Shown here in pieces: positions 1 through 12,954 of a DNA stretch of 64,000 bases; the first letter of the stretch is position 1; each line of letters begins with the position of its first letter. The DNA lies in contig CP154954.1 of the NCBI GenBank assembly GCA_039621445.1, positions 16,448,140 through 16,512,139 of the forward strand. The letters are read 5' to 3'. Position numbers and translations under genes: made by a program. The notes under the pieces were generated by a model that did no database searches, was not told the DNA's origin, and saw only the letters and a program-made list of their open reading frames with translations. Source of the stretch: Euglena gracilis (Eukaryota).

Positions 1-344
1 GAAAATGTAGGTAAATAAATAACCATCTTTGACAATAAATTACACAAAAAAATTATTCATTACAAAAATATTTTTCTGGATCATCTGGCGTCCAAAAATG
101 CTAAATTTCATGAGAAAATAAAATAAATGACCAAAAAAGGGGGGGTTGGGTGCTATTTTGGGTCCTATGTGACTTCGAAAAACTTCGAAAATTCTGGGGA
201 GCTATTACTCCCCCCAAATAATACCCACCCCTCGTGCGGGACTTCGGGCGAAAAAATAATAACCCGGGGGGGGAGATATTATTTGGGGGGGTTACACCAG
301 GGTGCGTCCACCTCCCCCATTTCTGGTATGCTGTGACAGACTGC

Positions 345-555
345 CTGTCATGTGGTCTGGGAGCAGTCCGGGCCACCCAAGTCAGGGGGGGGGGGGAGGC
401 CTGACCTTGGGGGGATGGCCCTATGGCCTGGGGGCGGTCCGGGCCGCTTCGGAGCTGCAGCCACAGGTCAGACTTGCTGGGGAGCTGCTGCATGAGGCTG
501 AACGGCGCGGCCATACGGCTTGGGGGGGGGGGCACGGAACGCTGGAGAACCCTGG
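345..555. repeat. Dispersed repeat copy, paralogous to ~7010-7156
   Basis: gccgcttcggagctgcagccacaggtcagacttgctggggagctgctgcatgaggctgaacggcgcggccata closely matches the sequence at ~7035-7095 (cagctgcagccacaggtcggacttgccggggagctgctgcaagaggctgaacggggcggccata). Confidence 0.85.
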
Positions 556-1537
556 TGGAGGTGGGAAGGGTGGCAGGAAGGCGTAGATTGGATTGAGACG
601 TCTGGACCTTCGGATGATCAGAGGTTGGGGGCAGATCGCCTCCAACCGGGTGGACTGCATTGCAACACGTTTCAAAAATGTTTAGTATTGTTGAAAATTC
701 AAAATGAAATTTAATGGGGGGACTAAGATATGTTTCCCATTATCGATGCATGCCGCGTTGGTTGCTGAAAGAACAGCCGTCAAACTATATGAATGCAGTT
801 TTCTTCCATCATGTTAATCCTTTGGTTTTTTTAATTGCGGCCACCAGATCACCGAAATGTTCCTACCTAGACTTCCCCCCCATCCAGGGGGTTTGAGTAT
901 GTGTCCCGCCAAAAGTTTCACAGCAAAGGAGAGTCTCCAAGGGTGGGGGGCACCCCCCAAGAGGCATGGGGGTGGTGGGTCCTTGAGAGTGGGTGGGCGG
1001 TGGGCGGGGTTGGGCTGCTGGACCAACCGGGCGTTGATAGTGCTGTATTTTCTTCAGAAGTAGCTCTGGATGGGTGTTCGTAAAGACACATAATCACTGG
1101 GGGGGGGGGGCTGTGCTCCCCGTTCCTTGGGCCTCCTGTTGTGGGATTTGTGGTGCGTGGTGTGATGGATGACGTCGCTGATCGTCATTCTTTCGGCCAG
1201 GGCTCCCTCACCTGCTTGGTCCCCCACCAGATGCACAACGCGACGATGAAGCCCACACGCATCGCTTCGTCATGTACCGCATTGCGCGTGCACGACGGAC
1301 GTCAACTTGCCACGAAGAGGCAAGAACGGGCAAGAGGCCTCTGTCTGCACTGGCAACCGTTGGGGGTTCTTGGGTACGCAATCCACAGGACCCCCCAAAG
1401 ATGCGAAATCACAGGTTGGACTAAGATTGGTCATTCTTGGCATCCCTTTGTGGGTCTCTAGAAAATTTTCTGTGACTGAGAACTACATCTGAATGGTGGC
1501 GTCACGTACAGCATTGCCAACCGTTGCCAGACAAGAA

Positions 1538-1650
1538 CAGGCTCAGATGAAATAGTTATGGTTTTCCTTGGTATATGAAGCGGGGTTGAGGGAGGACAGC
1601 GAAGACCCGCTTTGGCTTAGACGGGGGCAGCCACCGCAAACGCAAAGACC
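1538..1650 (+). repeat. Dispersed repeat starting CAGGCTC (probable DNA-transposon end); second copy at 10868-10985
   Basis: caggctcagatgaaatagttatggttttccttggtatatg...gaggacagcgaagacccgctttggctt aligns with caggctcggtttgaaatagtaataaacttccttgatatatg...gaggacggcgaggaacccgcttttggctt. Confidence 0.75.
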
Positions 1651-2366
1651 CCCTGCTCGTTGGATCGGAAACCAAGCAAGAACCCTTCAAAAATCACTGA
1701 ACCAGGCTTAAAATTCCCTTGAGTGCGATTCTGCGTCGTTTTTTATTTTGGGTCAAAAACCGTGAATTTTCTCTTGCAGAAAAAAAACACAGTTGGTGTC
1801 AGCTCCTACCCCCACCCTCCCCATCTTCCAGGGCGGGGGAGGGTTCAACAAGGCGTTCCCGTACAGCCCTGCCTCCGCGTTTTGGTACAAATTGCCAGTT
1901 TTCCCCCACTCATCGCATCGGAATTGATCCAAAACGAAAGCAAAAGGCATGGCTTTCCACTTTCGAAAGCCACTCAATCGATTTTGGAAAAGGGGGTTGG
2001 TCATCAGGGGTTTTCGGACCATCCGGGGGGGGGGGGATCATGCGGGCCGGCGGTAAAAAGGTGCTGGTTGGACACCACCCCCCAGGGCAGGGTGGGTCCA
2101 AAGGGGGGGGGGAGTCTGGCCAGCTGGGGTATCGCCAGCAAAAGTGGCCAAAAACATGGCCACCCATCGGTCCAAAACTGGCCACCACAAACCCTCCAAA
2201 ACTGACCCATTTGCCAGACTCAAAAACTGAACCCCCCAATTTTTTAGCTTTTTTGAGCGAGAGAACTTGTTGCACAGGAAAAAAAGAATGCAAGAAACAA
2301 AAAAAACAAGTTTCAGAAGAAAACGAGCATCTCAGGACAAAACGTTTCTGGTCAAAATCTGGCACC

Positions 2367-2486
2367 ATCTGGCCCAAAACTGGCCACCACGTCTGGCCCA
2401 AAACTGGCCACCACATCTGGCCCAAAACTGGCCACCACATGTGGCCCAAAACTGGCCAACACATGTGGCCCAAAACTGGCCACCAC
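2367..2486 (+). repeat. Minisatellite, 5 x 24 bp (atctggcccaaaactggccaccac)
   Basis: Directly visible tandem units. They produce the WPKTGHH repeats in the ORF track. Confidence 0.95.
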
Positions 2487-2510
2487 CTGTTCAGGGCCAC
2501 CAATGGTCCC

Positions 2511-3860
2511 CCACGGCAATGGAGGAGAGGACTGGAAGCCGTAGGGAGACTTGGGGGCACGACGAGGGGGGAGAGGGCCCCCAGGTTTGGATGGGTCGGG
2601 ACTTGGGGGCAGTGTTGGACATCACGCTGGCCATGAGACAGGCACAGAATCCAACTCCCTGCCGACCATGAGCCGTCTGTGGTCAAAGCAAGCAGACATT
2701 ATTTTTGGGCACCTAAAAAATAAAAATTGGCCAAAATGTTGGAAAAAAAACCTTAAACCCCTGAAAAAACCTTTTAAAAATTACTCTGGCAAAATATTTA
2801 TCTGACCGAGCAAAATTGAAGTCGCAAAATCTCGACAAAAAACAAACAAATAACTCCGGAAAAAAATTTGGCATCGGGGGAACATTGTCTATCCACTCAA
2901 ACTCGAAAAAATGAGGGTTTCAACTTTGGGCCCGTCAAATGCCCAGACGACCCTTGGAAAATAGAACCTTAAAAAATCTTAAAACGCCTCAAAGACAATA
3001 AAAAAAATAACTTCAGAGTAACTTAAAAATGTTTGAAAATGTTTGATTTAAAAAAACAATGCGTGAAAACAGGGCTCTACATACAACAGGGTGGGCTTCC
3101 AGAAAACCCCTGGGACCGTAAGAGGGTGGACAGAGTAGTATCACCATGACCACATGACCAGTTTTCAGTCTTGCACATGCAGCGCTGATCTGAAACATTA
3201 AATATCAGAATTTTTTTTAAAAAATGCCGCTTCAGGCACTGCATGGGCAAAAATCTTGTCAAAGATCGTGGAAAAAAAAATTGGCCCATCCTTTCTGGTG
3301 TTCCTGGTCTTTGGATAAAACCGTGCTTCTGGTCATGCATCCCTCAATTGTCACTACAGCTGACCGATGGTTTTCAATGCACGAGGGGCAGGGCTTTACG
3401 GGAAGGCCTAGGTGGGGGGGGGGTCGGAAACCCCCCCAACCCGGGAGATGGGGGGTGGGTTGACCCCCCTACCCACCACCCTGGATGTTTGGCCGATTCC
3501 TGTTCTGCCCTGCCAAAGGGGGGGGGGGTCCTTCAGGTGGCTGGGAAGGGTGTTGGCTGGACCCACTGAAGCAAAGGCAACCTGCCCTACATCTGGGGTG
3601 GGGTGGCTTCTGCTCCACTGCCACCCCGCAGCCGAAAATGGGGGCTGTCCCCTGTGCCGAAATACCTCGTCGGTTTTGGTCACTTTCCCAAAAGAATCGA
3701 CAAAGTTCCTCGCGTCGTATGAGGAACACGTGTGGCTGCACGGAGCGGGACTTGACGTCGTCAATTCATGTGAGCACGTGGCAATTGCCAGTCTTGTCAT
3801 TCAGTGACGCAACCGATTCAAAAGAAATCCCGCTGGCACTCGTGGGTCCGTCCACCCTTG
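2511..3860 (+). repeat. Local duplication, copy 1 (copy 2 at 5444-6411)
   Basis: Colinear matching blocks: ccacggcaatggaggagaggactgg..., tctgaccgagcaaaa, cagggctctacatacaacagggtgggc, gaccagttttcagtcttgc, gacttgacgtcgtcaat, cccgctggcactcgtgggtccgtccacccttg. Copy 1 carries extra sequence at about 3200-3600. Confidence 0.85.
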
Positions 3861-5443
3861 TGGACGCCCGTCCACCCTTGAGATTCTTTTTGGATAAAAG
3901 CGACGGAAATGCAAACCGGCATCTAAACCGAGCGCTTACATTGGAGATCTCATTCGGGGGGAGGGGCTGAAAGCTCTATCTGAAACAGAAAAGACAATAG
4001 CTCCAATCATCTCCACAGAAGCTACCACGGTACATACGGGGGTGCACCTGCCCAAGTGCACAGGTGCACAAAAGGTGTAGCGAGGGAGGGAGGGAGGGAG
4101 GGAGGAGGGAGGGGAAAGTCTGGGTACGGGTTGTCAGACTTTTGAGTTGATCACGAGCCAACGTGGACCACACATTGAGGGCCATCGCAAGGGTCCTGGG
4201 GCCAGGTTTAGAAACGAGGAAGACCTATTGGCCCTAAACCTTGGAGGACCGAATAAAAGAGTGCGGCCTTGAAATGGGGCTGCAGTCCTCAATGTGGACA
4301 ACTTCCAACTGCTAAAACCCAGAAATGTGCAATTCTGGAAGACTTTCATGGGAAATCCAATAAAATGAACAGAACAATGATTGAAATGGTGAATCAAGAA
4401 ATGAGCGCTTTCCTTCTTGACTCGCGTCGTTTACTCCGGGAGTTAGACGAAAGCTGAACATCCCCTGCCCCCAGACACACACACTGCTGTACAGCAAACT
4501 GAACATTGCCAAAGCACCGTCAAAGGAGTACGGATTGTGCACCGTATGGTGGGCTGCCGCCTTCCTGGGCGACATGGGGGGAGGTAGGCTGGGACCCATC
4601 AGAGGGGGATCAGAGGCAGGCAGACCCTCACCGCGGCATCAGTTGCCCGTCTGTCAGAGGATCTGCCTGGCCGCCATGTACCTCGGGCCGCAGGAGTGCG
4701 TGGGAGAGCGGCACGTCAGCGATGATAATGCCGGGCTCTGCCAGTGAGACAGTCCCACCCATGCAGTTGCTTGGCTGGAATGAGTAGCAGGCAAGCACCC
4801 ACAGTCATCCAGAATCCCAGACCCAGTCATGCCCGCTCACGCCCGGTCATTTCATAGGTGCTTGGTGGCAAGCACTCACTCGGGAGGTACGCTGGACAAG
4901 TCAGGTTTTGGGGCAAAAATACAAACTCCCCCCCAAAACAAAACCACACAAAACAACGTCAACAGAAATGCAGACGCCAGAAACCAGACGCCCTGCCAAA
5001 AGGGGTTAATCGGTTTTCCCAAACCAACAGACCAAAAAAAAGCAGTCAGGAGGGGGGGGGCAGGCATAAGCAACCCTGCACGTCCCCACACCCGGCAGCA
5101 CGGTGCGGGGACGGGCGGGTGAGCGGCGCCGACGGGCCCGCCGCCCAGTCAGCCCGGGGAGCCCCGGCGAGCTGCAGCCCGCAGTGCGGGGGGCAGCAGT
5201 CCAGCACCCCGGGGGCCAGGGGTTCGGGGGCGGGCAGGGAGCTGGCAGCCCTGTCCTCCAAAGGCGCGGGCCTGCAGTGTAACGCAGCTACTGACCCCCC
5301 CGGCACAGCAACGTTGGAACGTTCCAAAATAGAATCTCTGTCCAATGTTCAATTGTCCACGTCTGCCAATGTCAGGCAAAACTTACAAAAAATCACACGG
5401 GAATCCGGCCTCGCAGGCGGATATCGAGGCCGCCAATAGTGCT

Positions 5444-6411
5444 CCACGGCAGCGGAGGAGAGGACTGGGAGCCGTAGGGGGACTTGGGGGAACGACGAGG
5501 GGGGAGAGGGCCCCCAGGTTTGGACGGGTCGGGACTTGGGAGCAGTGCTGGGCAAACCTTAAAAAACCAGAAAAAATGCCCAAATTTTGAAAAAAGCCTT
5601 AAAACTCTATATAAAAAAAACTCTTAGAAATCATTCTGGCAAAGCTTGTTTCTGACCGAGCAAAAATGATGTTGCAAAAACAAAAAAGCAAACCAACTCC
5701 GGGAAAAAATAATTTATGGCACCACTCTAACTGAGGAAAACGGGTTTCACCTTAGTAATTTTGGACCCCGTTTGATGCCCAGGCGGCCTCTCTATATCCT
5801 GGGAATCTAAAGAATCCTAAAACACCAAAAACCCCAAAGAAAGAAAATCCGAAGGAAAAAAAACCAAAGCAACCCTGCAAAATGCCTACTTTAAAACCTT
5901 GGAAATGTTTCAAGTTATTTGACTTAAAAAATAATGCCTGAAAGCAGGGCTTTACCTACAACAGGGTGGGCGTCCGGTAAACTCCTGGATCCATAAGAGG
6001 ATGGACAGAGTGTTATGACCATGACCATACGACCAGTTTTCAGTCTTGCCTGCGCAGCGCTGGTCTGCAACATTAAATATTAGGTGGCCGGAAAGCCCGC
6101 TGAATTGAAAGCAACCTGCCCTCCATCTCAGGTAGGGTGAATCTCTCTGCTGCCACCCCACAACCAAAACACGGGGACTGTGGACGGCACGCACCCTTCC
6201 ATTGCCCAAATACCTCATCGGTTTCGGCCGCTTTCCCAAAATCATCGACTAACTTTTTTGCATCATACGGCACACACATGTGGCTGAAAAGAGTGGGACT
6301 TGACGTCGTCAATGCATGCGAGAACGTGGCAACTACTGCCAGTTTTATCATTCGCTGGTGTGACCGATTCAAAAGCATTCCCGCTGGCACTCATGGGTCC
6401 GTCCACCCTTG
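5444..6411 (+). repeat. Local duplication, copy 2 (copy 1 at 2511-3860)
   Basis: Same blocks in the same order and orientation, diverged. Confidence 0.85.
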
Positions 6412-7215
6412 CAAATTTGTCAGCCAGCATTGCCTCCTGCCACGAAGAGAGTATGATGAGCCTGCAAGACGGAGAGCGGGGGCAGGCCACAATATCGGTC
6501 AGCGAAATGTTGCTACCAACGTCTCTGCCGTAGAGTCTCCCGGATGGAACAGGCTTGATGTGGGGTTGAGCCAGGCATTAGAAGAATATCGAAACTGAAA
6601 AAGGGAAAAAAGCCATCTGCAAATCATGTAAAAAAAATCGATTTTGACCAATTTTTGAGCTAGGCAGGCCATATCCGACCGATTCTTACAAATTTTCCCC
6701 CGTTTGTTTGCCCCGTTTTGACCCATGCACTTTGCATTTGAAGAAAAAATACACTACACTGCAGCCGCCCTTCGGGGGCTGGACAGAGATTAAAACCGGG
6801 CTATGCAGGGGACGGGCTCCGAGGCTGGGAAAAGACGCTGGCTGGCTGGCTGGACACACCGGGGTCCGGCAAAAGTTCCCGTGCCTCTCCAATCAATATC
6901 ACAAAACCGGGTTTCTTCCCCCCATATGCATGGTCAAGATTGGATATGAGGCCAGGGGATGAAGGCAACTTCACAGGGTGGCAGGCAACGATCTTCAGGG
7001 TCTACCGTGTGATGTGGTCTGGGCGCAGTCCGAGCCGCTTCGGAGCCGCGCAGCTGCAGCCACAGGTCGGACTTGCCGGGGAGCTGCTGCAAGAGGCTGA
7101 ACGGGGCGGCCATATTTGGGAGGGGGGCCGGGGCAAAAACTTGCTGGAGAACCCTGTCAGAAGAGAGCAGGCGTACATCTGGGGTTTCTGTGGAAGCCGA
7201 CACGCTGGGCACAGC

Positions 7216-7528
7216 CAGGGCGGTCCTTAAGCAAATAAAAAAAAAAACTCCGCTGTCCCAGCACACTCAGTGAAAAATACACAGGAAAATGGGCGAAATT
7301 TTGGCATTTACAGCGAGAACAGGTCGACATCAGGCAAAAAAATGATTCCTGGCACCCTTGGACCATCGTCCATCCACCCAAATCATCAAAAACTGTGTTT
7401 TTTGACTGTTTAATTTTTGTCCCCGTTCAATTCCCAGTCTGGCCCTTAGCCGGCCCTTTGGCTGAATGGGAGGCGGTCCTTAAGGAAATTAAAAAAAAAA
7501 ACTTTCCTGTCCCTTAAGGACCGCCCCG
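7216..7528. mobile_element. hAT-type MITE (313 bp)
   Basis: TIRs cagggcggtccttaag / cttaaggaccgccccg. Perfect 8-bp TSD GGCACAGC at 7208-7215 and 7529-7536. A second internal copy of the left TIR lies at ~7472. Confidence 0.9.
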
Positions 7529-7536
7529 GGCACAGC

Positions 7537-8685
7537 ACCCAAATCGCATCCTGTGCACCGATTTTCCAGGTCAGGTCCAAGACCACAATCCAAAAACGTG
7601 GATTTGTTCCTACCAGTGCTTTGAGCCAAAGGTCACCACATTGATGTACTTTTGCACAAAACGTACCCTTACTTGTGACCAATTTACTTATGACCCTCAA
7701 CCAGACCTCACAGACCCTGCTGACGTATTCTCCCTCGGTGTCCGCTGCCGCATCATCGCCTACGTACCACTCTCTTCGACCGCGAGGAGGAGTCCCCTTC
7801 CATACCCCAAGTGAGACACCACCGACCCCGCCCGCAGCTTGGTGGGGTGCTGATGGGACGCTTCATCGCAAGCTAGGAAAGCATTCTCCCATATGCGGGA
7901 CTTCAAAGAGAGCATCGCCAACGTCGCCCTACCCTGAGAAACTTGATTGTTCGGTCTGGAGCTGCTTCCTGCAACGCCGGTGGCAGGCCTCCGATGTCCG
8001 CACCAAGGAGTTCCACAACTGGTTTCGGAAGATGCTTCAATACCTGCGCTCCCAAGGGTCAGCTCGTGCCCCCAAACCCCAGGTACCCAGCCCCACACAT
8101 CAGGCAAGCCAACAATCCATTGTTCTGGCAGACCTTTGTCCCACACCGACCACAACCCCCGCCCCCGCAAATCCCCCCAGTTCCACCTCCAAGCAGTCAA
8201 ATGAGCGATCTCAGCTCGTGCCTGAACACTCTGGCGGCCATCCCCACACTGCCTCTTGGAGCCCCCATCGTCAAGGTTGTGGAGGAGGAGGTCCACACCT
8301 AAGAGCCGCACGGTACACCACAGGCACCAGGGGCCGACGACACACCATTGCCGGGGCGGTCCGTTTTGTTTCGGAGGGTTTGCAGCCATTTCCCAAACCT
8401 CCAACCAACATCCAGCTGAACACAGCAGAGGACCCCCGTGAGGCCTCGAGCAGCCCCCCTCGTGGAGCCGGAGCCAATCTGGAGGGTGCCGAGGGGGACG
8501 CGGCCAGCCCTATCAACCGCGTTTTGATCCAAGAGGGTGCCCCGGTGGCAATGCGTAGCCCTCCCCCCTGTGCAGGTGCCGTCCCAAGTGTTGCCGTTGA
8601 GGCCTTCACCCTCATGCAAAGTGCTATGCAGAAGGATGCCCCGGAGGCCGTGTCCAGGCCCTCGAAGGTGCCACCGAGGCCTTGA
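7537..8685 (+). pseudogene. Degenerate coding-like region of unknown product with two candidate short GT-AG introns
   Basis: Candidate introns at 7570-7616 (47 nt) and 7663-7704 (42 nt). GC-rich coding-like composition and a 336-codon open frame with a protein-like patch (WSCFLQRRWQASDVRTKEFHNWFRKMLQYL). Stops and frameshifts are needed to join the pieces. Confidence 0.3.
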
Positions 8686-8789
8686 CCAGCCCTCCCTGCG
8701 CAGGCACCATCCCGGAGGGTGCCTCACAGGTAGGAGCGCCAGAATTCAATGGGGCCCACCGATGTGTGTTGGAAAGGCCAGTGTTGGTG

Positions 8790-8885
8790 GACCCATGCCC
8801 GTTCCGGTGCAATTGCCCATGCCCGTGCCAGTGCCAGTGCCGGTGCGGGTGCCGGTGCAAGTCCCCGTGCCAGTCCACGTGCGGT
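8790..8885 (+). repeat. Degenerate hexamer repeat (gtgccR)n, reading as Val-Pro repeats
   Basis: gtgccagtgccagtgccggtgcgggtgccggtgcaagtccccgtgccagtc translates to PVPVPVPVRVPVQVPVPVHV. Confidence 0.7.
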
Positions 8886-9269
8886 CACCTCTAGACCAGC
8901 CAAAAATTGGACTGCAGGCTGAGCAGGGGGTGTGGAAAAAGAACAAAAAAATATACACAACAGAAAAGGCACATCAAAATTTCACCCCTGAGCCTCAAAC
9001 TGGTGAGGTTCACTGGCCGAGGGTACCCCTCCCCAGTGAATGTTCATTGATGACTTCACTTGGGAGGTCCGGGACCCCTCCTTCCATCTGCCTGACCTCC
9101 TCCGGGCCAATATCTTGGTTCGTTTCTGTGGCCCAAATCGGTCACGCCCCCCCAGCCGGGGGATTTGCCCAAGCCATGATTGAAAGGGGGGCAAATTGCA
9201 TACTGGGCGCTTGGCCCCCGACTTGGCTGCGCTTCTCCCGAAGGTTGGAACCCTGGCCTTGCCGTCAAT

Positions 9270-9455
9270 TGTGATGGCAAGGCCGGGAGGGCCAACTTAG
9301 GGGGCCAAGTTTGCATGTTCAGAATTTCGGCATGCACAAAATGGGCCAAAAACCTTAAAAAATGGGCGGCCAAGGTGGCAAGGGAAGGCTGAAGCCCAAC
9401 GTTAGGGGGACAGGTGCACATGCAAGGAGGAGTGGAGCCAAGCGCCTGGGGCTGG
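9270..9455 (+). repeat. Dispersed repeat family (ggccaac-ttagggggccaagtttgcatg / aaggaggag-ccaagcgcctgggg); other copies at ~14100-14290 (+), ~19880-19955 (+) and ~20920-21075 (-)
   Basis: The shared motifs recur in the same order in all four places. Confidence 0.75.
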
Positions 9456-10867
9456 GTTGGGGGTGCTTGAACCCATTGGTGGGTGCAACAAAAAACAGCT
9501 GCCGTGATATATTCACCATCAATTCGTTTTGACTGCCATTTTAATTCCCCCTCTCAAAACTGGTCTGTCTCTCAAAATTGCTGTTGGTGGAAAAGAATCC
9601 AGCTGTCTTCAGGAAGCTCGGGTCGCTGGTTCTCCTCCCAACTCGTTCCGCAATAAACACACAATCCGACAACAAAGCCCACGCACGCATAGTTCTGTCG
9701 CAGACCACATTGCAGGGGCTGCAGCGCATCGGGATGCCTGCGCATGACGGACATCCACTCGCCATCCACTTGGGAGGCAAGGAGTGGGGCAGGGAGGGGC
9801 CCTGTGGCCCTGTGTTGCGGGCGGAAGCCGTTGGGGTTTTGGGCCAACTGTCCCCTCTCTGGGCTTGTGGCCAAGCCGCCATATCAACATCAACGGGGCC
9901 ACACCGAAACGCCATGGGTGGGGGGGGTGGTCAGGTACCTCCAAGCCAGAATGGGGGGGGGGTGTGAGGGCCCCCAGCTATTCCTAAAGTTTGCAGGAAA
10001 ACATTGGCCTAAAAATGTGTGCCTTGGGGAAAAATGGAAAAGTGGGGGGACACCCGGGGGGGGAGGGTGCAAAATATCCACACGGGCAGGCAAAAAAAAA
10101 AAACACTGTATAAAACCGCACACAAGTGCACACAACTGCAAAAAGGCATGCACTGACATACACTGACTTCTGGAAGAAGAAGAAACAGATTGTCAACATT
10201 CTGCTGTGACGGACTGTGGAAAAATTTGCTTCTTTGCCAAAAGAAATTCACACTCAGGGGTTCTTGGCTCAGGTGTGAAGGGTTCAGAGAGGTTTGACCC
10301 AAAAATAGAGTTACCCAAAAGTGGGTTTTCTCCCCCGAGGGGAAGAAAAGCTTCTGAGCCAGGCATCGAACTTTGAAACAGCAAAAATATTTGTAAGAAA
10401 GGGGGGGGGGCAAAAATGGTATTTTGAGGATTTTGGCCGTTATACCTCTAAATTTTAGCTGGAAACCCCCAAACCAGCCTTTGTTGGATTTTCGGTGGCC
10501 GGTTCCAGCTGGATGGACAAAGGCATACCATTCGCCCTCTTTGATGTAGCCAGACTGGAAAAAAAATTACAAAGGCAAAATAAAGTCTTTTCCCTGAGGG
10601 TCATGCAAACCCTCTGACCTGCAGCCTTGAGTAGTGGTCGCAGGGATCCACTGTTTTTGGCACTGTTGGGCGACCGTGCCCAAAGGTTCTGTCCTGCTGA
10701 TTTGCTTTGAGTTGTGTTGTGTAACCCATCAAAGGCCTAAATGAAATGAGTCAGAGGATTGCTGAGGGACCCGGGGGTCAATAAAAAAGGTGCTGGTTAA
10801 ACTGGAAACCAAAGAATGCCCAAATCAGAAGCGAGCAGGCCGCTCTCCCCGACCGCTCCCACCAAAG

Positions 10868-10985
10868 CAGGCTCGGTTTGAAATAGTAATAAACTTCCTT
10901 GATATATGCATTGGGGTTTGGAGAGGACGGCGAGGAACCCGCTTTTGGCTTTGGTGGAGGCAGCCGCAGCAAAAAAAAAAAGACA
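10868..10985 (+). repeat. Second copy of the CAGGCTC-starting repeat (see 1538-1650)
   Basis: Alignment by eye to 1538-1650. Confidence 0.75.
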
Positions 10986-12954
10986 AACATACAAAACGCC
11001 AACAACGAAATTTTCGGCAAATTTGGTCAACATGACATTTTTGATAATGGTAGGTCTCAAGAAAATGACAAAAAATCAGTTTTTGGGTGGTTTGCAGCCG
11101 AAAAAATTGTCCCCGGTGGCTTTCAGTTCTCCTCCTGGGGGGGGGGGTATAACCCCTGGGCCTGGGGGGCGGGAGGGGTTCCCCTTCGGCGACCTCTTCT
11201 GTGAGTTGATTTTCGATGATGGGTCGAAAATTCGGGCTTTGTCCCAAAAAAAACTAATTGACTGCCATTGACTGCCATTGAAACCGATCGACATCTGCCA
11301 AACATGCTATCAATGACCAAGGAGGGGGTGCATCCCCCCCAAGCTGAGCGATGTAGACCATACGTGGACACCTTAAGTGTGTGGTTCATAACTGTGGGGG
11401 GGTTGCGCTTTGAGTTTGAGAATGGAGAATGAACTCATCCATCCATCCCTTCCTGGGCGCTTGGCACGGGCCACAAATGAAGGTATGGCCCCGAGGGCAA
11501 TTTGGGGGGAAAGTCGAATGTTAAAATTTTAGGCCATGACAAATAAGCCAAAAAAGCCTATTGGGGGGACAAGGTTGCACGGCCGAAGGCCAACTTTTGG
11601 GCCAAATTTGCGTGATTATGGGGGCCAAGAGTGTGGAGGGGATCCAAAGCTGTTGAAACTGACTGCAAAAAGCCACAGACACTCCAACAACAGCCCAAAT
11701 AGCTTTTTCAGCACCTTTGGCCTTTTCACTTTGGCACCTTTCGCAATCTTACATCATCGTCTTCAAAAAAGAACAAAGGCGGTCGTAAGTGGGCCGAGTA
11801 GACCAGCACACTGCTTGTGGGACCAGGAATTTTCTTTAAGAACGGGGGTGGTCTGGAACCCCCCCCCCGGGTCACCAAACTGAAAAAAAAATCTCTGGTC
11901 CAGACCAGTGGAGAGCAACCACAGGCGGCGAAGTGGTCTGGGGTAGGGCTGCAGATGTGGGAGGTCCAAGATGCTGAAATGGAGCTGAAAGCCTCCCAAA
12001 CATGAAATGGGTGTAGGGGACAGACTGCATGTCACTTATCCTTTATGCATTGTCGGTAAACAAGGCAATAATTGTCGAAATTATGCGGGGGGGGGAATGA
12101 TTCGGATTATGCGGCAATTATACGGATTTGTGCGGGTGAGAAATGCGGCAGAAAATCCTTTTGGCCACTGTTTGGTCGCTATACAGGATTATATGGGTGA
12201 GAAATGCGGCATAAAATCCTTTTGGCCATTGTTTGGTCACTTTTATTCAATTTTCGGAAACACTTTTTCAACTATTTTTTGTTGCTTCAGGCAAATTTTT
12301 GGTGACTTTTGACCCTCCGGTGCCTGCATCTCTGCTCCAGTTGCTGCATCCAGTAACCGCATCCCCGCACCTGCCGCAGTAGCCACATGGCCACATCTGT
12401 TACTAAATCTGCTGGAGTGTTTGAAAAATACTCTTAACATCTGTGCACGGCAGGAAATCTGCAACTTTAGCCTAAAGTGCTGGTCAAAAAAAAATCCCCA
12501 AAAACAGTGGCCCAGAAAGACCCAAAAATAAACTCCTGGTCCAATGCGTCCCATCGAAAAAAGCCAGCTGAACCTCCTAAAAAATTGACCTCCCCACAAA
12601 AAAAGAAATCCCTAGAGATAGAAAAAAATACAAAAAAAATAGACCTCGCCCGAGTCTGCATTTTTTTTTGGGTTTTTTGTTTAAAAAAAATTGGCAAGGA
12701 GCCTCATTTGCAGGAGGTCTGACTGGTTTGGGGGTGGCACTCTCACGGCTTTAGGAACAAAATTTGTCCCCTTCCCAGGACCCCGAAGTGCTGGTGTAAA
12801 CAGCAAATATTCAAAAAAGCACATCCAAAAATAAGATTAGATTTGAGCAACCAATCGAAACAGTGGACCTGGGTCTTATTTTGTGGGGGGGTTATTATTC
12901 TTATTTTGCCTTCCAATTCTTTTGCAGAATTCTGCACAATCCACATGTTTTAAA

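Noticed and set aside
420-600. YAF / APFSLxQQL as a DIRS methyltransferase-like motif
   Set aside because: The pieces lie in different frames, and no DIRS RT, RNase H or tyrosine recombinase was found nearby.
1719-2686. 305-aa and 258-aa overlapping ORFs with 8-aa repeats
   Set aside because: The frames are kept open by a 24-bp minisatellite and low-complexity DNA.
7705-7760. DVFSLGV as kinase subdomain IX, or LTYSPSVSAAA as a cyclin box
   Set aside because: These are isolated short matches with none of the other conserved motifs.
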